Source: Bispira polyomma
Lineage: Eukaryota
NCBI GenBank assembly: GCA_965649765.1
Contig: OZ287757.1
Coordinates: forward strand, 27,342,001 to 27,406,000
Length of the DNA: 64,000 nt
Reading direction: 5' to 3'
Shown here: in pieces, positions 36,746 to 50,562 of the stretch
How positions within the stretch are numbered: the first letter of the stretch is position 1
Layout: every line of letters starts with the position of its first letter
The notes under the pieces: generated by a model
Told to the model about the DNA's origin: nothing
Seen by the model: only the letters and a program-made list of their open reading frames with translations
The model's database searches: none
Translations under genes and position numbers: made by a program

Positions 36746-39681
36746 CTTTTGAAATAGTATGTATAATGTATACACTAAATTTTCGTTTTAACATTTGCAG
36801 TTATACACTGTAAAGGTTTATTTTAAACTATCAATTAGAAATTAATATGCAGTAAAATTTTAAAAAACCTAAACTTTCCTACACAAATATTTACACATAG
36901 AAGTTAATTTTTTCCAAAAATTCATGTTGATTAGTTGTAGGCATGCTTGTTCTACTTCATCGCATAAGTCATAAATTGTTAGGTGTAACGTCAATCTTAT
37001 TTAGTTTAATATTTGATTCGAGTTGTAGATCCTTCCAGAGACAACACATTAATAGCAGATATAACCTTTGTGATAGTAAATGGATTTGTATTATTCCCGA
37101 TTGTATGTGTCATTGTCAGAAAGAGACGCAAACTCTGGAGGTTTTTAACACGTCATCGGAGAGCTTCAGAAGACAGGTAAATGGATATGGGCTAAATAGA
37201 ATTTAAGAGGTATTACTGTAAATATACAGACAGTATTAATTATCACACACGCACAGTGAATGTCCACATGAACATATACCTCAGGTCATCAATACATATA
37301 CAAAAACTTAGCACACAATATTGAGCAGTTCTAGGACACTTTTGGGGTAAACATGAAGCACTACAATGTAGACTGATTCTCTGTTAACATCCCTGATTAC
37401 AAATAATGTTTGTAGGCATTTTTATTAATTGTCTGTGCTTCGTATATACAGGCATAAAAACTCCTGTAAATATAAAAAAATATATATATATATATTAATA
37501 AAAGTGAAATAAAATGATTGCCTAATTGCAGTACAGTTCCAGTATATATGGAGAAATAAACAGCATAAATAATCAAACAATAACAAAAAATAGAGTCAAA
37601 CCTAATGTAAATGTAAACGGTGTAATTTCATTGAACAAACATAAATTAATATGCAATAAATGTGATATATTGTGAGCTTTGAACTGTATATAAATTTTTC
37701 AGCTGTCCCTAAAATTATAATATAAATGTAACATTTGTGGTTTTATTTCTGTGCAACAAAGAATAAAGCCATTGTGTGTAATAAATCCTAATAATATATT
37801 AAAAATTTGAAGTAAATATAATTAATAAGGGAGATATGACATTTTTATATGTATATACAATTTTTGTATGTTTGAATTAAAAGTAATTCCATACTGAGAG
37901 TTACTTAAGTTTTGATAATTCTGCGGTGTGCATCTGCAGGCCTCCACTGCTGATAGATGATTCTTATCATCCTGTGATTACAAAAGGATCATCAAGTGGC
38001 TATTTGAACGAGGTAAGAACTTACAGCTCTCTATATGGTTAATTAAAATTAACTAATTATTTAATATCTACTTCAATAGTACTATTGTTGTAATAATATT
38101 TAGGGTTTATTTTAGGTTCCTGGTAAGTTATTGTTTTTCACAGTGGGCACCTCAGGACCTGGTTCTAATCAAACTGTTTTACATCCAATCACATATATCT
38201 GGACTGGGTTCTCAATATTCACAATGTCTATTTATATTCTGATAAGGTGTACATATGGGTCACGGTTCAGAATTCATTTTGTATTATTTATCAATTGATG
38301 AAAGATGTAGCTATTACTTTTTTTCCCTATTAACGTGCTATTGCCATTTTTTTAAATGGTTATAAAACAGCACGGGAAGAAGTGTTGGAATATTTAGTAT
38401 TGACGGTCAGTTTGTGGTTAATTATCATGTTGTTAGGGCAAGTTTGAAATATGATTGAGTTTTTAGTATGATAGTTTGCTTAATGAATTTATATTGATAA
38501 TTTAGAGAAGACAAATCATAGCTAATTTCTGTCTTGATGTGAAGTATTAATGTGTACTATTATGGGTAAATTATGGCTGGTCCTTGTCGTATGTAACACT
38601 ATGTATGTATGTTTTCCATTGTATGACTGGTCCTTCTTTTGACATGTCTGATTATTTAGGCTTTAAAATTTTAGTAAAAAAAAGATCACAAGGGATCAGA
38701 CCTGTAGGTTTACTTAGTTTATGTACTAAATTCATACGAACCATTAATTCGAGATGTGTATTCACAAAGATCATTACTATTACTATTTTCAAATTTGTAC
38801 CTCAACCACAATTGTATGTGTTTTTCGCTACAAATACTGCTTCAAGGCAATATTTTGGCTGTGATAGTTCCAAGACCTGCCAGTTAAGAATGTTTGGCAG
38901 TAAGCCATTCTTAGATAAAAACAATAACATCAGTCCATTGTTTCAAAAACAGTCTCTATTAAATGGGCAAACAAAATGAAAACTTTGGAATATATTTTGA
39001 CCTACGACTGTCACTTAAGTAAATCGAAGAATGTTTTAGTGTAGTTATTTTAACAAAATACATTAAAATATATGTTTATTTTGTTTTTGAAGTGATAATC
39101 ACCACAAATCAAGATTGATCATTATTATTAGTACTATATTAAAAGTATTAAATAAATGGTATGCAATTTGTTACTCAGATGATGAATCTTTATGTGGATG
39201 AAGATGAGGCTATGGCACCTGACTATTCCAGACCTGTACGTTTACTTATTTTATTTACTGAATTCATAAGAGACCATTCATCCTGGATGTGTATTCACAA
39301 AGATCATTACTATTACTATTTCCAAATTTGTAGCTCAGCCACAATTGTATGTTTTATTCGCTACAAATATTGCTTCAAGGGAACTTTTTGGCTATGAAAA
39401 TTCTAAGACCTGTCAGTCCGTTGTTTCAATAACTACCAAAAGTATATGTTGTTAAATCTTCCTATGGATGAAGTTAAGGCTGTGGCATATGAGCCTTCCA
39501 GTACAGACACTGTAAGAACTTGGGACTCTTCATTTTATCTAAAAGTAAAATTAACTAATTTTGAGATAAAAAGAAAAAATCAATAAAGTTTTAGATAAAT
39601 AGTATAAAATTTATTATTCAGATGATGGAATATGAAATTGCTCTCCATTTGGTTAAATTAGTAAAATTAACTAATTATTGA
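36658..39681 (+). CDS. Gene B: single-pass type III membrane protein with short Tyr-containing tail (exons 36658-36730, 37029-37176, 37940-38012, 39179-39235; tentatively 39443-39511 and 39622-39681)
   Basis: Phase-consistent AG/GT exons give MDSSRPYDDMNVTS..DITFVIVNGFVLFPIVCVIVRKRRKLW..DDSYHPV..GYLNEMMNLYVDEDE..DYSRP. Exon 1 is paralogous to gene C exon 1. The 3' end is uncertain. Confidence 0.62.
38035..38290 (+). repeat. Internal duplication in gene B, second copy ~39650-39905
   Basis: cagtggg.acctcaggacctggtt ... tgtacatatgggtcacggttcagaattcattttgtattat present twice. Confidence 0.85.
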
Positions 39682-40769
39682 TTATCTACAATAATAGTAC
39701 TAATGTGGCTAAAATAATATTCAGGGTTTATTTGAAGTTCCTGCTAAGTTATTACTTTTTACAGTGGGTACCTCAGGACCTGGTTTTAACTTAACTGTTT
39801 TAGATCCAGGTAATATATCTGGACTGGGTTCTTAATACCCATGCCTATTTGTATTCCAACAATGTGTACATATGGGTCACGGTTCAGAATTCATTTTGTA
39901 TTATATATATTTATAATGGAAGGTGTGGGGACAAGGTGGGTCAGTTACTTGTATGGAGCCTTAGCACAAGTATGGAAGGGCTACAAAGTGTTTGTTCAGC
40001 ATTTTGACTAGGTAACTGATAACGTTTATTTGTTCACATTTTATTTATGTTTTCTAAAGTTATTATTGGCCACTTCTGATGGTCCAGCAGCATATTTAGT
40101 AAACTTTCTACCAGACAATCATTGACAACTTCCTGTCCTTCAGCATCAGGATTTGTCAGAGAGTACATGGTCCACATTGACAACTGCCTCAGATTTATTC
40201 CAGGGACTATGTTCACGAAAATGCTTACACACTACCATCCTTACAATAATTACTATGCATGTTTAGCCCATGTATTTTCACCAAAAAGCACACCTGCTGA
40301 TGCAAAATTGCAGGTATAGTTCAAAATCAATTTAGCGCTACTAAAAGGGACGTAATATATGTAAAATTGGTTTCTAATTACGGTGGTAATTATAAAATCC
40401 ATTTTAAAATACGTTTTGAATTACTGGGAGTAAGGTAAGGCAGGATTAATTTTAAAAACCTAGTTATAATACCTGAAAACCAGATGAAAGACTAAAATTG
40501 TAAATGGGAAAACCTGTAGTCATTGGTTTGGTCCCAGTTGACAACTACTAAAAACATGTAAAATATAATAAGACAGCCATGGCAGCTAGCACATATTATG
40601 TTTTCTTACTTAAGAATCTAATCTAATCACAATATTAGTGTTTCAAAAGCAGCAGATGAATGAAGCAACACAAATGCTCTATATCTAATTTTGAACAACA
40701 ATTGAGTTAAATGAATTTTTATGGACATCGGAGCCATCACTGTTGAATGTCCACGCTTGTAAACACAGT

Positions 40770-41330
40770 TCTTTATGTGGTGAAGTTAATCATATGAATT
40801 AAAGAGGAAATAATGAGAATTTTATTTTGGAGTTTATTTGTGTACAAGCTATTCATATCTATGCACAATATCACAATAAATGAGGTAAAATATTTAAAAT
40901 TGTAAGAGATGACTAAGATTTTAAATGCACCCAATATATATGTAAATAACAGTATAAGAAGCCCATATGGGACGTACATACACATGGTTAAAAAGACATT
41001 ATGGGACTAGCCTGTACAACAAAAGTTACATTATAAAACAACCCAAAAGGACACCACTGGTGTAAGCCCAAAGAACCTGACAAATGCACATTAAGTTATT
41101 TTATATTTGAGATTGACAAAGACTAGTCAGATTCCCAGGTTCTGTGGCCCCAACCATTGTTATGAATAACTATTTATATAGTAATTGCAATCTCAGTGAC
41201 TGCCTGTAAGAGAGGATTGTGGAAAACCCCAGCCTACGATTATTAACTCACCTGGGATTTTTCAACAATATTTAACATCTCGGAGATAATACGAGACATT
41301 GGTGCAAATAAAATTAACCTCTATAAAAAG
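40770..41330 (-). mobile_element. Degenerate Ngaro-type terminal remnant (B plus spacer)
   Basis: B-like end attttaaatgcaccca, aagccca, gggactagcc, gcctg..agagaggatt and a flanking stem attcccaggt/acctgggatt. Confidence 0.5.
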
Positions 41331-42291
41331 CACGAGGAAAAGTATCTGATATCAAAAAAAATTCAATTAAAATAAAAGACCCATACTTTAATTTCACTTG
41401 AATTTAGGTCATATCAAGGTGGCCAGGAATAATGGTAGAAGCAACCAGTTGGGAAGCACAGGCTAAACCACCAGTCTACACCAATTACCTGGATGTAGAT
41501 GAAAGAGAACAGATTCTGGCGATTTAATACTATAAAACTTATTTACATCAGCCTAAATTCAGGAATATTTATAAACTAAGATAAAAACACAGGATGTGGA
41601 TTGAAATCGCCAGTTTATTTAACTGACAAAAATGTATATATTAAACCAAGAATACAAGATCTTTAAAATTTGATTACATCACACAAGTGATTTACATATA
41701 CATTATTTATACAGATTTATATCAATGGCGAAGTGTCAATTAAAGTAAATACCGGATGTAGTTGCACAGTAAAGGATAGTTGTTGTTTCTGTTTAAATAT
41801 GTCCTGATATATTTAAAAATGTTTTTTTCTTATCTACAAGTAGAGATATATGGACATGCGATAGCAATGGCCATAGTGTGCCGACTTCTAACGGACTGAA
41901 TTTATGACAATTAGTTTATAGGTAAATTGGAAAATGTACTATTTCTATCTTAAAATGTGAACTTCTCAACAACTGTCAATGACTGTTCACGTAAAATAAA
42001 AGTTAAATTCACAAGTAAGTGTATAAGAATAGAGAAAATTATTTAATTACTGCAGTAATAATACTACATGTATACTTTTATCCCTCAACAAGTGATCAGG
42101 ACTGTTGAAATAAAGGCTGAATATTTGAATTTATGGCAAACTGGAACAACCATGCAAGTAATCAAACCTTAAATGGACTTTTGTAGAATATTTTTACCAC
42201 AATTACCACTATGAGTTGTGTTTGGTTGTATACAATTTATGCAGCACTTGGAGAATATAATAAAATAAATAACTACTTCTATGTGATTAAA

Positions 42292-42487
42292 GGGGCCGCG
42301 GTGGCCCAGTGGTTAGCAAGTATTGCGCTTCACAATCATTGGTCTCTTACCTCTGGGCGGCGAGGTGGGCCGCTGGTTTCAGTGCAGAACCTTGATCAAC
42401 TGTATGCAGTGTTTCCTCCAGCGTTTCCAACTACCCATCCTAATATAACCTAGAGTGGACGTTAAATATCCCAATTCAAAATAAAAA
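42292..42487 (+). mobile_element. tRNA-derived SINE, internally deleted, 15-bp TSD
   Basis: ggggccgcggtggcccagtggttagc head, gacgttaaa 3' part, A-rich tail; TSD ttc(t/c)atgtgattaaa; B-box segment missing relative to 50301-50562. Confidence 0.88.
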
Positions 42488-43399
42488 TTCCATGTGATTA
42501 AAGGACTTAATATATTCTACCAGGGTCTGTTATTCAACACTTTTAAACCCCCATATTTCAAAGAATATTCAACAATCCCAGAAAATACACAATTCACTTG
42601 ATCTGTCAAAGTACAGTCTATATATAGCACCCAAAACACTAGATTTAGTTCATGTAGTACACAAGTGTTAAAGTGCACACACTATTATACAAGCATGTAC
42701 CAAATATGTGCTATTCTACTTCATACCACACAGAATCTTCAGTGTAGGAGAATAGCCAAGAACCAGGTGTTTCTTCAAAATTAATAGTCAAAGCCTGATT
42801 TAAGGCAATTCTCTGACATAAACTGCTGAAAACTAAGGCGACGGTAACAAATTGTATTTTTAAGTATTGCTTAAAGTCATTTCAAATTTCTGAATACATA
42901 TACATCTATAATAAATATAAAAAAAAGTAAAGCGATACAATTTTATGATAATATAATTTTATATCATAATTTTCATAAATAAATATAATATATATTTAAA
43001 AGTTACTGAATATGATGTACCAATGTAATCTTGAACTGATTAATTTATTAAACAAGGTCATTCAATAATGTGGCCTAGAAAGCAGACAGGACATTCTTTA
43101 AAAAGAAACACCTGATTTTAAACAATAGGTATCACCCAAATAGAAGTTTAAGCAATAATAAAGCACACGATTGTGCAGTATAACATTTAGGTGCTATTAA
43201 GTTCAGTCCTTGAGCCCCTCCCAGTGGGCCATTGCATTCCATTTGTTAAACAATCCCTATTCCTGTGGACTAGTTCATTCCAAGCAACCTAATTATAGCC
43301 CCCTTTCCTGTCATTGAGACTGATTAAACATTCGTGGCAATGTACTAATTAGCCCTATATTTTTGGAGATGTTTACTGGTTCTAAAACACAATGATACA

Positions 43400-44660
43400 T
43401 ATCTTCTAGACCGTCATCTTCACAAATCAATGATATGATGTCCTCATGGGGACACAAACCTTCATGTATTAAAAGACAGTATCAGTCACTACTTGGTTCT
43501 CTGTCACCAAGTGTGTCCAGCCTGCAAGGTATTTCTTGAATCAAATGTTAAGTTTACTTAGGGACAACCATAGTAAAACTTCTATATGTCTTACTCCTGA
43601 ATTTTTTAAATATTTGAATTGGTTCAATACTTTTCTTCCATCATATAATGGGGTTAGATTCTATGATAACAAATATGTCAGTGCCACATTGGAGTTAGAT
43701 GCCTATACAAAGGCGTTTTCGGGGATATGACACAATTCACCTAGAAATCCTTAAGGCATGTTCAATGTAGAACTGGTTTTAAACCATGTATATGGAAATT
43801 TTACCAAGTGGCTGATCTGTTGTCCAGATTGACTTTTTACAAGCAACCTTCGGAAAACTTGAAAGTGCATAAACCACAGCCTGAATAGGTATAACATATA
43901 GTACTATGTATATATTTTGTATTCCGGTTAATCTGTGTGGGGCAGCCCAGTTGGCATCCTGTGCCACCACCAGACTGCTGTCTGCCTTTAGACCAACGAC
44001 GAGGTAGGCTTACTCCAGAATGCTCAAATAATTTCTGGCTTTTCTGGTGGCAGCTGGGCTGCAGCTATGCAGGTCTCTGTATTAGTATTGCTTTCATTTA
44101 TGGAGTATCTAGTTGTAAATGGTAAAAATGTCAATAATATTGCCAATTTTGTTTTTTCTTCCAAGAGCTTCCTATATAATACATGTACTTTCTACACAGG
44201 TTTTTCAGGACCTTAGAATGCAGCATTTTATGAAATCACTACGATAAACAGATCGTTTTGTCTTAGAAATGTATTTGATGAAATAGTGTTACTACAGAAA
44301 GTTCATGCTGCTTCATTTAGTGCATTCTTTTGATGTGTCCAGATAGCTGGCTCGGCAGGGGGGGGGGATATTATATTTGTACCCCCAGGGACCACTGTCT
44401 TGGTTAAATAGTCTAAGACCATTTAAACCCGGGGTGACTTAAAGCCCATTGCGTTTCCTGCTCTGGCAGACTCACCTCTCTGTCCAGTACGGGCACTAAA
44501 ATGTATGTTGGGCCTTGCTTTATTTCAACCTAATGATCCCTTGTTTCGAGTTTGTAGAGCAAAGTCTTCTACTTATTCTACGGCAAGAAAACACCTTAAG
44601 AAAGTGCTACACTTTATCGGAGCCACTAATTTGAAATATACATTTCACAGTTTTTAAGTC
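43400..44660 (+). mobile_element. Degenerate YR retrotransposon (RT, RNase H, YR remnants)
   Basis: SLLGSL..KCVQPARYFLNQML..LNWFNTFLPSYNG..LELDAY; CPVRALK; YTFHSF. Confidence 0.75.
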
Positions 44661-45149
44661 ATTTTATTAAATCAGTAACATGAACTTTGGTTTATGTTTT
44701 ATTATATTATATTATATTTGCTTATAGCAGTAACAGGGGTTGAGGAGTACCCTGCTGCTTCGAGTAATGGTATTACCAATTGGGTGCATTGTGGCCATGC
44801 ACTCGAGCATTGTTTTAATAAATATTACATATTTTAACTATATATATATAAAAATTAACAGACATATTAATAGAATTAAAGTAAGAGTAACATAAAACCA
44901 GTGACCTCCCCATGAACCCTTCACATAAGCACCCCCTTAGGAATAACCAACAGATGGGACATCACAATGTGTCAACACTTATAACAACATTCATCAAGAA
45001 TATTAACATGACAGCATTATTCCAAGAGCGGACGTCCTGAGGTCACTGCCAGAAGTGAATGTGGCTGTAAATTATAAGTGGTGTCATACGTTTCACAACT
45101 ATGTCAGGCAGTATTGCAAGGTAAAACCAACATATCGCTAAACATCTAG

Positions 45150-46080
45150 TAAATAGGTTTACATATGTAATAGTAAATATGTCCTGCCATAAAGGTAATC
45201 ATGTCCATAAAGAACAATTCAACGGCACAGATTTTATTTTAAAGCGTCCTAGTTTTGACCAAATCAAACAGGCAATAATTGAAACCCTGAACCTGAGATG
45301 TTTAAAATAGATGTGATGAGTTCTATTTTTGAACGTCATCCCTCAATCAATCATCTTGAAATCGTAAATATAATTATTGCATTGAAAGTTTTGGCACAAA
45401 TCATAAGCTCATCAAGTAACTATTCATAGTTACAACATCGCCAAAATAGTGTTGTTTGTTGGTTTAACTAAAACTGGAGACATTTTCGTGGATACATGCA
45501 TTCGTAATGTTGGCTTATAACATTTACTCATGACATCAGACCGGACATCCAGCTCATCCAAGGTTCAAAAAACTTGGAAGCTGATGCCCTGTCCCGGATC
45601 TAAAAATTACCGCAGAAGGCACACTTCCATCCAACATTTTAACCTGAATTATTCCATATAGTTGTAGGCTCCACATGGACCACATCATCTCTTACTAAAT
45701 ATTTCTTACAGTGAGTGGAGTCTGCTCCTAGATCTTTCACATCAGCAGCTGACCACAGCCAGTTCAAAGTGACATATCAAATTTACAACATAATGCTCTT
45801 TATTTTTTCTAGAGAAGCTTGGTTCACACATCTCCATTCAGAAGTTATCTTCCTAGTGGCTTTCTATAGATTTGGCACAAGTCAAACATGGCCCACATCT
45901 ATGAAAACATTTCACCCTTCCAGGTACAGCCCCGAAAAAATTACATTAGTCCAGACCCCCTCCCTCCTTCAGCTCTTTTATGTACAGCTTCCTCTCATTT
46001 TCCCATCATTGACTTCCACACACACACTGCTTTGACAAAACTCCTCCAGTACATAGGAATAGACCATATTTTGAATTCCT
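45150..46080 (+). mobile_element. Highly deleted YR retrotransposon remnant
   Basis: INHLEIVNIIIALKV, IQGSKNLEADALSR, and a YR-like PIIDFH...LLQYIGID segment. Confidence 0.65.
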
Positions 46081-46982
46081 TTGTTACATCTGTCATACTG
46101 TGTTCTGCCCAACTTGTTACTCTGTCAACCTTGACCCCTGTGGGTGTGGTCTTAGAGTCTGCAGATCTGCATTACTGTTTATCAAATGACAATCACTGTC
46201 TTCAGCTAGCTGAAAACTATCACTGCATGCACTCTGACTAAAGCAATAGTAGCTAGATACTGTCTTTGTGTAAATAACACCGTAAAACCACTTGTAAAAT
46301 TCTGTGTATAAATAGTGTATATGTCCCAACTTAAAATGTATTAAATTGCTTGTGTTCCTTCACCAGGTAATTTAAATATAATGAAGTTATTTACATGTTT
46401 TTTGCCACTAAGTCTTTTGGGCGGGAAACCTTTGTTCCCCTATTTTAACCTAGCTAATTAGGGTTTTACTTAATGTGTAACTTCTACCAGTGACACTGAC
46501 GCTACATGTATTTCAAAATGTACTAGTATATGTTTGAGAAGGTAAAAAGGGCCCCATCTCAAGAAACTGACACCTGATTTTAGTAATTAATCTCTTTACA
46601 CTGGACAAAATTTTGTTGTTTTTGCAAGCCAGAGGTACAGGAGAACATACAGGTTTATGTAAGGAATAGAAGGTTACTTTGTATCAAAATATTTGGTATA
46701 TTATGTCTCCCTTAGAAATATAAGCCGCACCGCAATACACTAACTCCCAAACATCCACTTTAGCATAAAACAAACCACCATTGAAATGGATCTTCAAATA
46801 TAATCACAAAGGCAAGTTATTGTTTTTCTCCAGTGTAAATACCCAGTGTAAATAACCACCTCACTTCGACAATTAATTTTCTACTGTATACGAAATGATT
46901 GTCAGTGCTTCTGTATAAGTGCACAATATATATTGAACACTTAGAAGCACTTACCATATTATAATTCACACAAATTTACAAA

Positions 46983-47225
46983 GACAAAGCTAGGCACTAC
47001 ATATACTAACATCAAATGAGATAACCACTGGCCACAAAGCTATACACTACAGACACCCACAACAAATCAGATAGACAACACTGACCACAAAGCTAGACAC
47101 CACAGACATCTACAACAAATCAGATAGACACTAACCACAAAGCCAGATATTACAGACACCTACAGAAAATGAGATAGACATTAACCACAAAGCTATGCAC
47201 TGCAGATACCTACAGCAAATCAGCC
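46983..47225. repeat. Minisatellite, ~50-bp unit (cacaaagctagacactacagacacctacaacaaatcagatagacactaac); further units at 49125-49192
   Basis: 4-5 degenerate tandem units. Confidence 0.85.
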
Positions 47226-47696
47226 GCCAGGCAATGAGTGCAAAGTTTACATGAACTGTAGACTAATATACATATAAATATTTTAATTGCAATAAATCTG
47301 AATTGAATGCAGTTAACGTGATTACCCTTTCGTCTAAGGTTAATGTTGAGCTTAAGGAGGTTGTATTGCTCAACCATATAAGGAAACATATTGGGGCTAG
47401 TGGGGCTTGACTGTTTGAGTGTGCACTATCATATTTATAGCCACCACAATACACTTGTTACAAATGCTTCAAACTAATGGCTCGTTGATTGTTATGAAAG
47501 AATTTATACAAACTTGGCATGGGTTCAAAACATGTTTTATAACTTTATATTTCACAAAACGTATTTTACTATTTTATTTGTTAATTATTTCTGTTAGTTG
47601 TCTAACACATTTTATGGTTAGGAAAATCTGGAACAAAGAATATAAATATATATGCATAACAGTCAACTAGACAGTAACCAAAGTCATTACTGTCTC

Positions 47697-48969
47697 AGGG
47701 CATAAGGTCACTTTTAGTATACAGTACATATTGTACTTCAAATATACGTTCAACCTAAATCCACAAGTTTAAGTTGAACTTACAAAAATCACATTAAGTT
47801 TGAACTGAAATTCAAATTCTCAACTTAATGCTTAAGTTTGGACTTAAAGTCAAATTTCACTCAACTTAATGTCTAAGGTTGGACTCCGTGTGTGAACTTC
47901 GCGGAAAAAGTGTGGTGGCCCTTCGGGCCACCAGATTTTATAGCTTGGAGGTCCGGATTAGAATCAGGTGGCCCAATACTTTGTAATGAAAAATTCAGCT
48001 ATAATTTTTTTTCAGAATACGACTTAGAACAAAATGTTTATTGCATCATAAAATATATAGTGTAATTTCAAAAAAATAATTGGCTGAAAATTTATCAGCC
48101 CCTCGACAAAATTTGAAATTTAATAATTGAGCAAGCCCAGTCATTTAACCCCAAAGTACGGGCCACAAGATGGGCCGAAAATATATTTATATTCATATAT
48201 TTTTATTTCGAATGAGGGGGCCAGAGGGCTCGAGTTGACTGTAAAACACTGAATTTGCAATTTAATAATTGAGCAAGCCCAGTCATTTAACCCCAAAGTG
48301 AGGGCAACAAGATGGGCCGAAAAAATATTTATTTATATATATTTATTTCGAATGAATGGGCCAGAGGGCTCGAGTTGACTGTCAAACACTGAATTTGCAT
48401 TGAATTCAAAATTTAAAATTAAAGCAAGCTCAGTTATTTAACCCCAAAGAAAGGGCCACAAGATTGGGTGAAAATTCGAAAATTACAGCACTAACAAAGA
48501 CGAGGCTAGCCAGTTAGCAGCGAGAGCACTGGGCGATAATAGATGAAGTTAGTAAAATATGCGTAAAATTGGTTTTAAATTAGAAAATATAAAGATCACA
48601 TAAAAAACTACTTACAAATATATAAAATCTTCTTTTTATTTAACAATAACAGGAGTTCTCATCCACATCCTTGTATTTATTAAAATGGAAAAGTTTCACA
48701 GCAAAATTTCGTCTGCGCATGCGTGCCGAAGAAAAATGGAACAGTCTGGTACCCAAATTATACTGTTGGCGTGTGTAGTAAAAAAAAAATCGAAGGCCCG
48801 GAAATAAGGTGGCCAATCGGGCCACCGGAATTTGAAAGGAAGTAGCGTTTCCATAAAGCGGTGGCCCCGGGCCACAGGGCCACCGAGAATTTCGCACACT
48901 GGTTGGACTTCAGGTCAAACTTCAAACTTAAACTCCTTTAAGCCTTAGGCTATGGTGACCTTGTGTTCC
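47697..48969. mobile_element. MITE-like element with aaactt/aagttt subterminal repeats, host of the hAT insertion
   Basis: Imperfect TIR ggcataaggtcac / gtgaccttgtgtt; the repeat pattern continues on both sides of the hAT element. Confidence 0.5.
47886..48901. mobile_element. Non-autonomous hAT element with 8-bp TSD and internal ~143-bp tandem repeat
   Basis: TSD gttggact (47878-47885, 48902-48909); TIR c(c/a)gtgtg(t/c)gaa.tt; subterminal ggtggccc/gggccacc palindromes; ~2.5 internal units at 48115-48470. Confidence 0.85.
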
Positions 48970-50300
48970 AACCTCAAACTCTACTGTAAATAATAGCTTT
49001 TAGTGTTTTAATATAGTAACTAATAAAATTATTCCCGCAATCTTGTCATGTTTATTTAGTTGTTCACTTTGCTAAAAGTTAACTATCCCTAGAGTTTACA
49101 CTTTGGCCTGCTACACAGGGGAACTGAGCTAGACACTGCAGACACCTACAACAAATCAGATAGACACTAGCCACAAAGCCATGCACTACAGAGAGATACT
49201 TTTGCATCGGAAAGGACCAGTGAAAGTCAAACGTCATTTTTTTCAACATTAGAGACAAATGTGAAGAAAATGTGCCTAACCACTAAGCCAACAGAGAGAT
49301 GTATTAATATATGTTAAGGTCAATACTAATTTTAATATAAATATGTTTGTGCAGCTCAAAAATGGCTCTTAATTTTTTCACGATTTACAGTTCTAACTTA
49401 AAACCTTGAAAGAAAATGTTTTAAATTTAAAAAAATATCAAATGCGTAGAAACAAACTATTAAAGATAACTATGTGTGTTTTATGACTCATCCAGAAATA
49501 TAAAGGCCTGTGCAACCATAATAAATACTCCTTGGGGGCTATGTCACCAAATACATAAGATTGACACCAACTGTAATGATTGTATGTTTATATTTCTAGG
49601 ATTGTGTATCCAAGAGAAATATACTTCCTGTTTGTTACAATCCTGGTGTCCAGTATATTAGTAAGCCGGACCCGTGCAGAATGCACGGTAAGTACTGTAT
49701 ATTTATTAATAATGTCAACTATAAGCACACAGTTGAAGACTAAAGTACACTTACAAAGGAACTAGTTTCAGAAGTCGTTTGAAAAACTACCTTTAAAGCC
49801 TACCTACTATCTACCACGGCTACTTTCCAAAATCAAATGCTTTTTAGTAACAACTTAAATAAACTATTGTATTTGTTATTTGCATTGTTATTGCACATTA
49901 TTGATGCAAGGCATCCTCTAAAGTGCAACAACATAATTAATTAGCCAATCAAAAAATTAAGGAAACATATACAGGTGATGTGGAAATGTACTAGGTACGC
50001 GAGTCTGAAACAATAGAATTTAAATTTTCCCCTGAACCCAAAAACTGTTTTAATGCTCTAAACTTTTCTATAACTCTAAGCTCAACTGGGAGACTATTTC
50101 ACAACAAATGGATAGCGACTGACAAAAGCTCTATCCAATTTTCCGTTAACAGACTATCCATTTCTGGAGAATCATCGCTTTGAAGGAAGTTCTATGAATT
50201 TGGCGCTTTACATATCCTTCAGTTCAATAGTCACCTCCTTCAATATGATTAACTTTTCTCCTATGTCATTTGGTTTGTTTGTTTGTCACCATGGCTACAT

Positions 50301-50562
50301 TTTTTTTTTTTTTTTTAATTTGGATATTTAACATACACTCTAGTACCTGTTTAGGTTATATTGGGATGGGTAGTTGGAATCGCTGGAGGAAACATTGCAT
50401 ACAGTTGATCAAGGTTCTGCACTGAAACCAGCGGCCCACAGTAAGGAACTACTACCTTTCCCACATAGGCATGGACAGGATTCGAACTCACGCCGCCCAG
50501 AGGTGAGAGACCAGTGATTGTGAAGCGCAATGCTTGCTAACCTCTAGGCCACCCAGGGCCCC
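50301..50562 (-). mobile_element. Full-length tRNA-derived SINE with poly(A) tail and 11-bp TSD
   Basis: A box tggcctagaggttag and B box gagttcgaatcc on the - strand; TSD catggctacat (50290-50300, 50563-50573). Confidence 0.92.

Noticed and set aside
38661-38703. Exon-like cassette in gene B
   Set aside because: Gives TAG in the frame set by the previous exon; probably a decayed duplicate.
50460-50562. tRNA gene
   Set aside because: The A/B boxes belong to a SINE with body, poly(A) tail and TSD; no complete cloverleaf.
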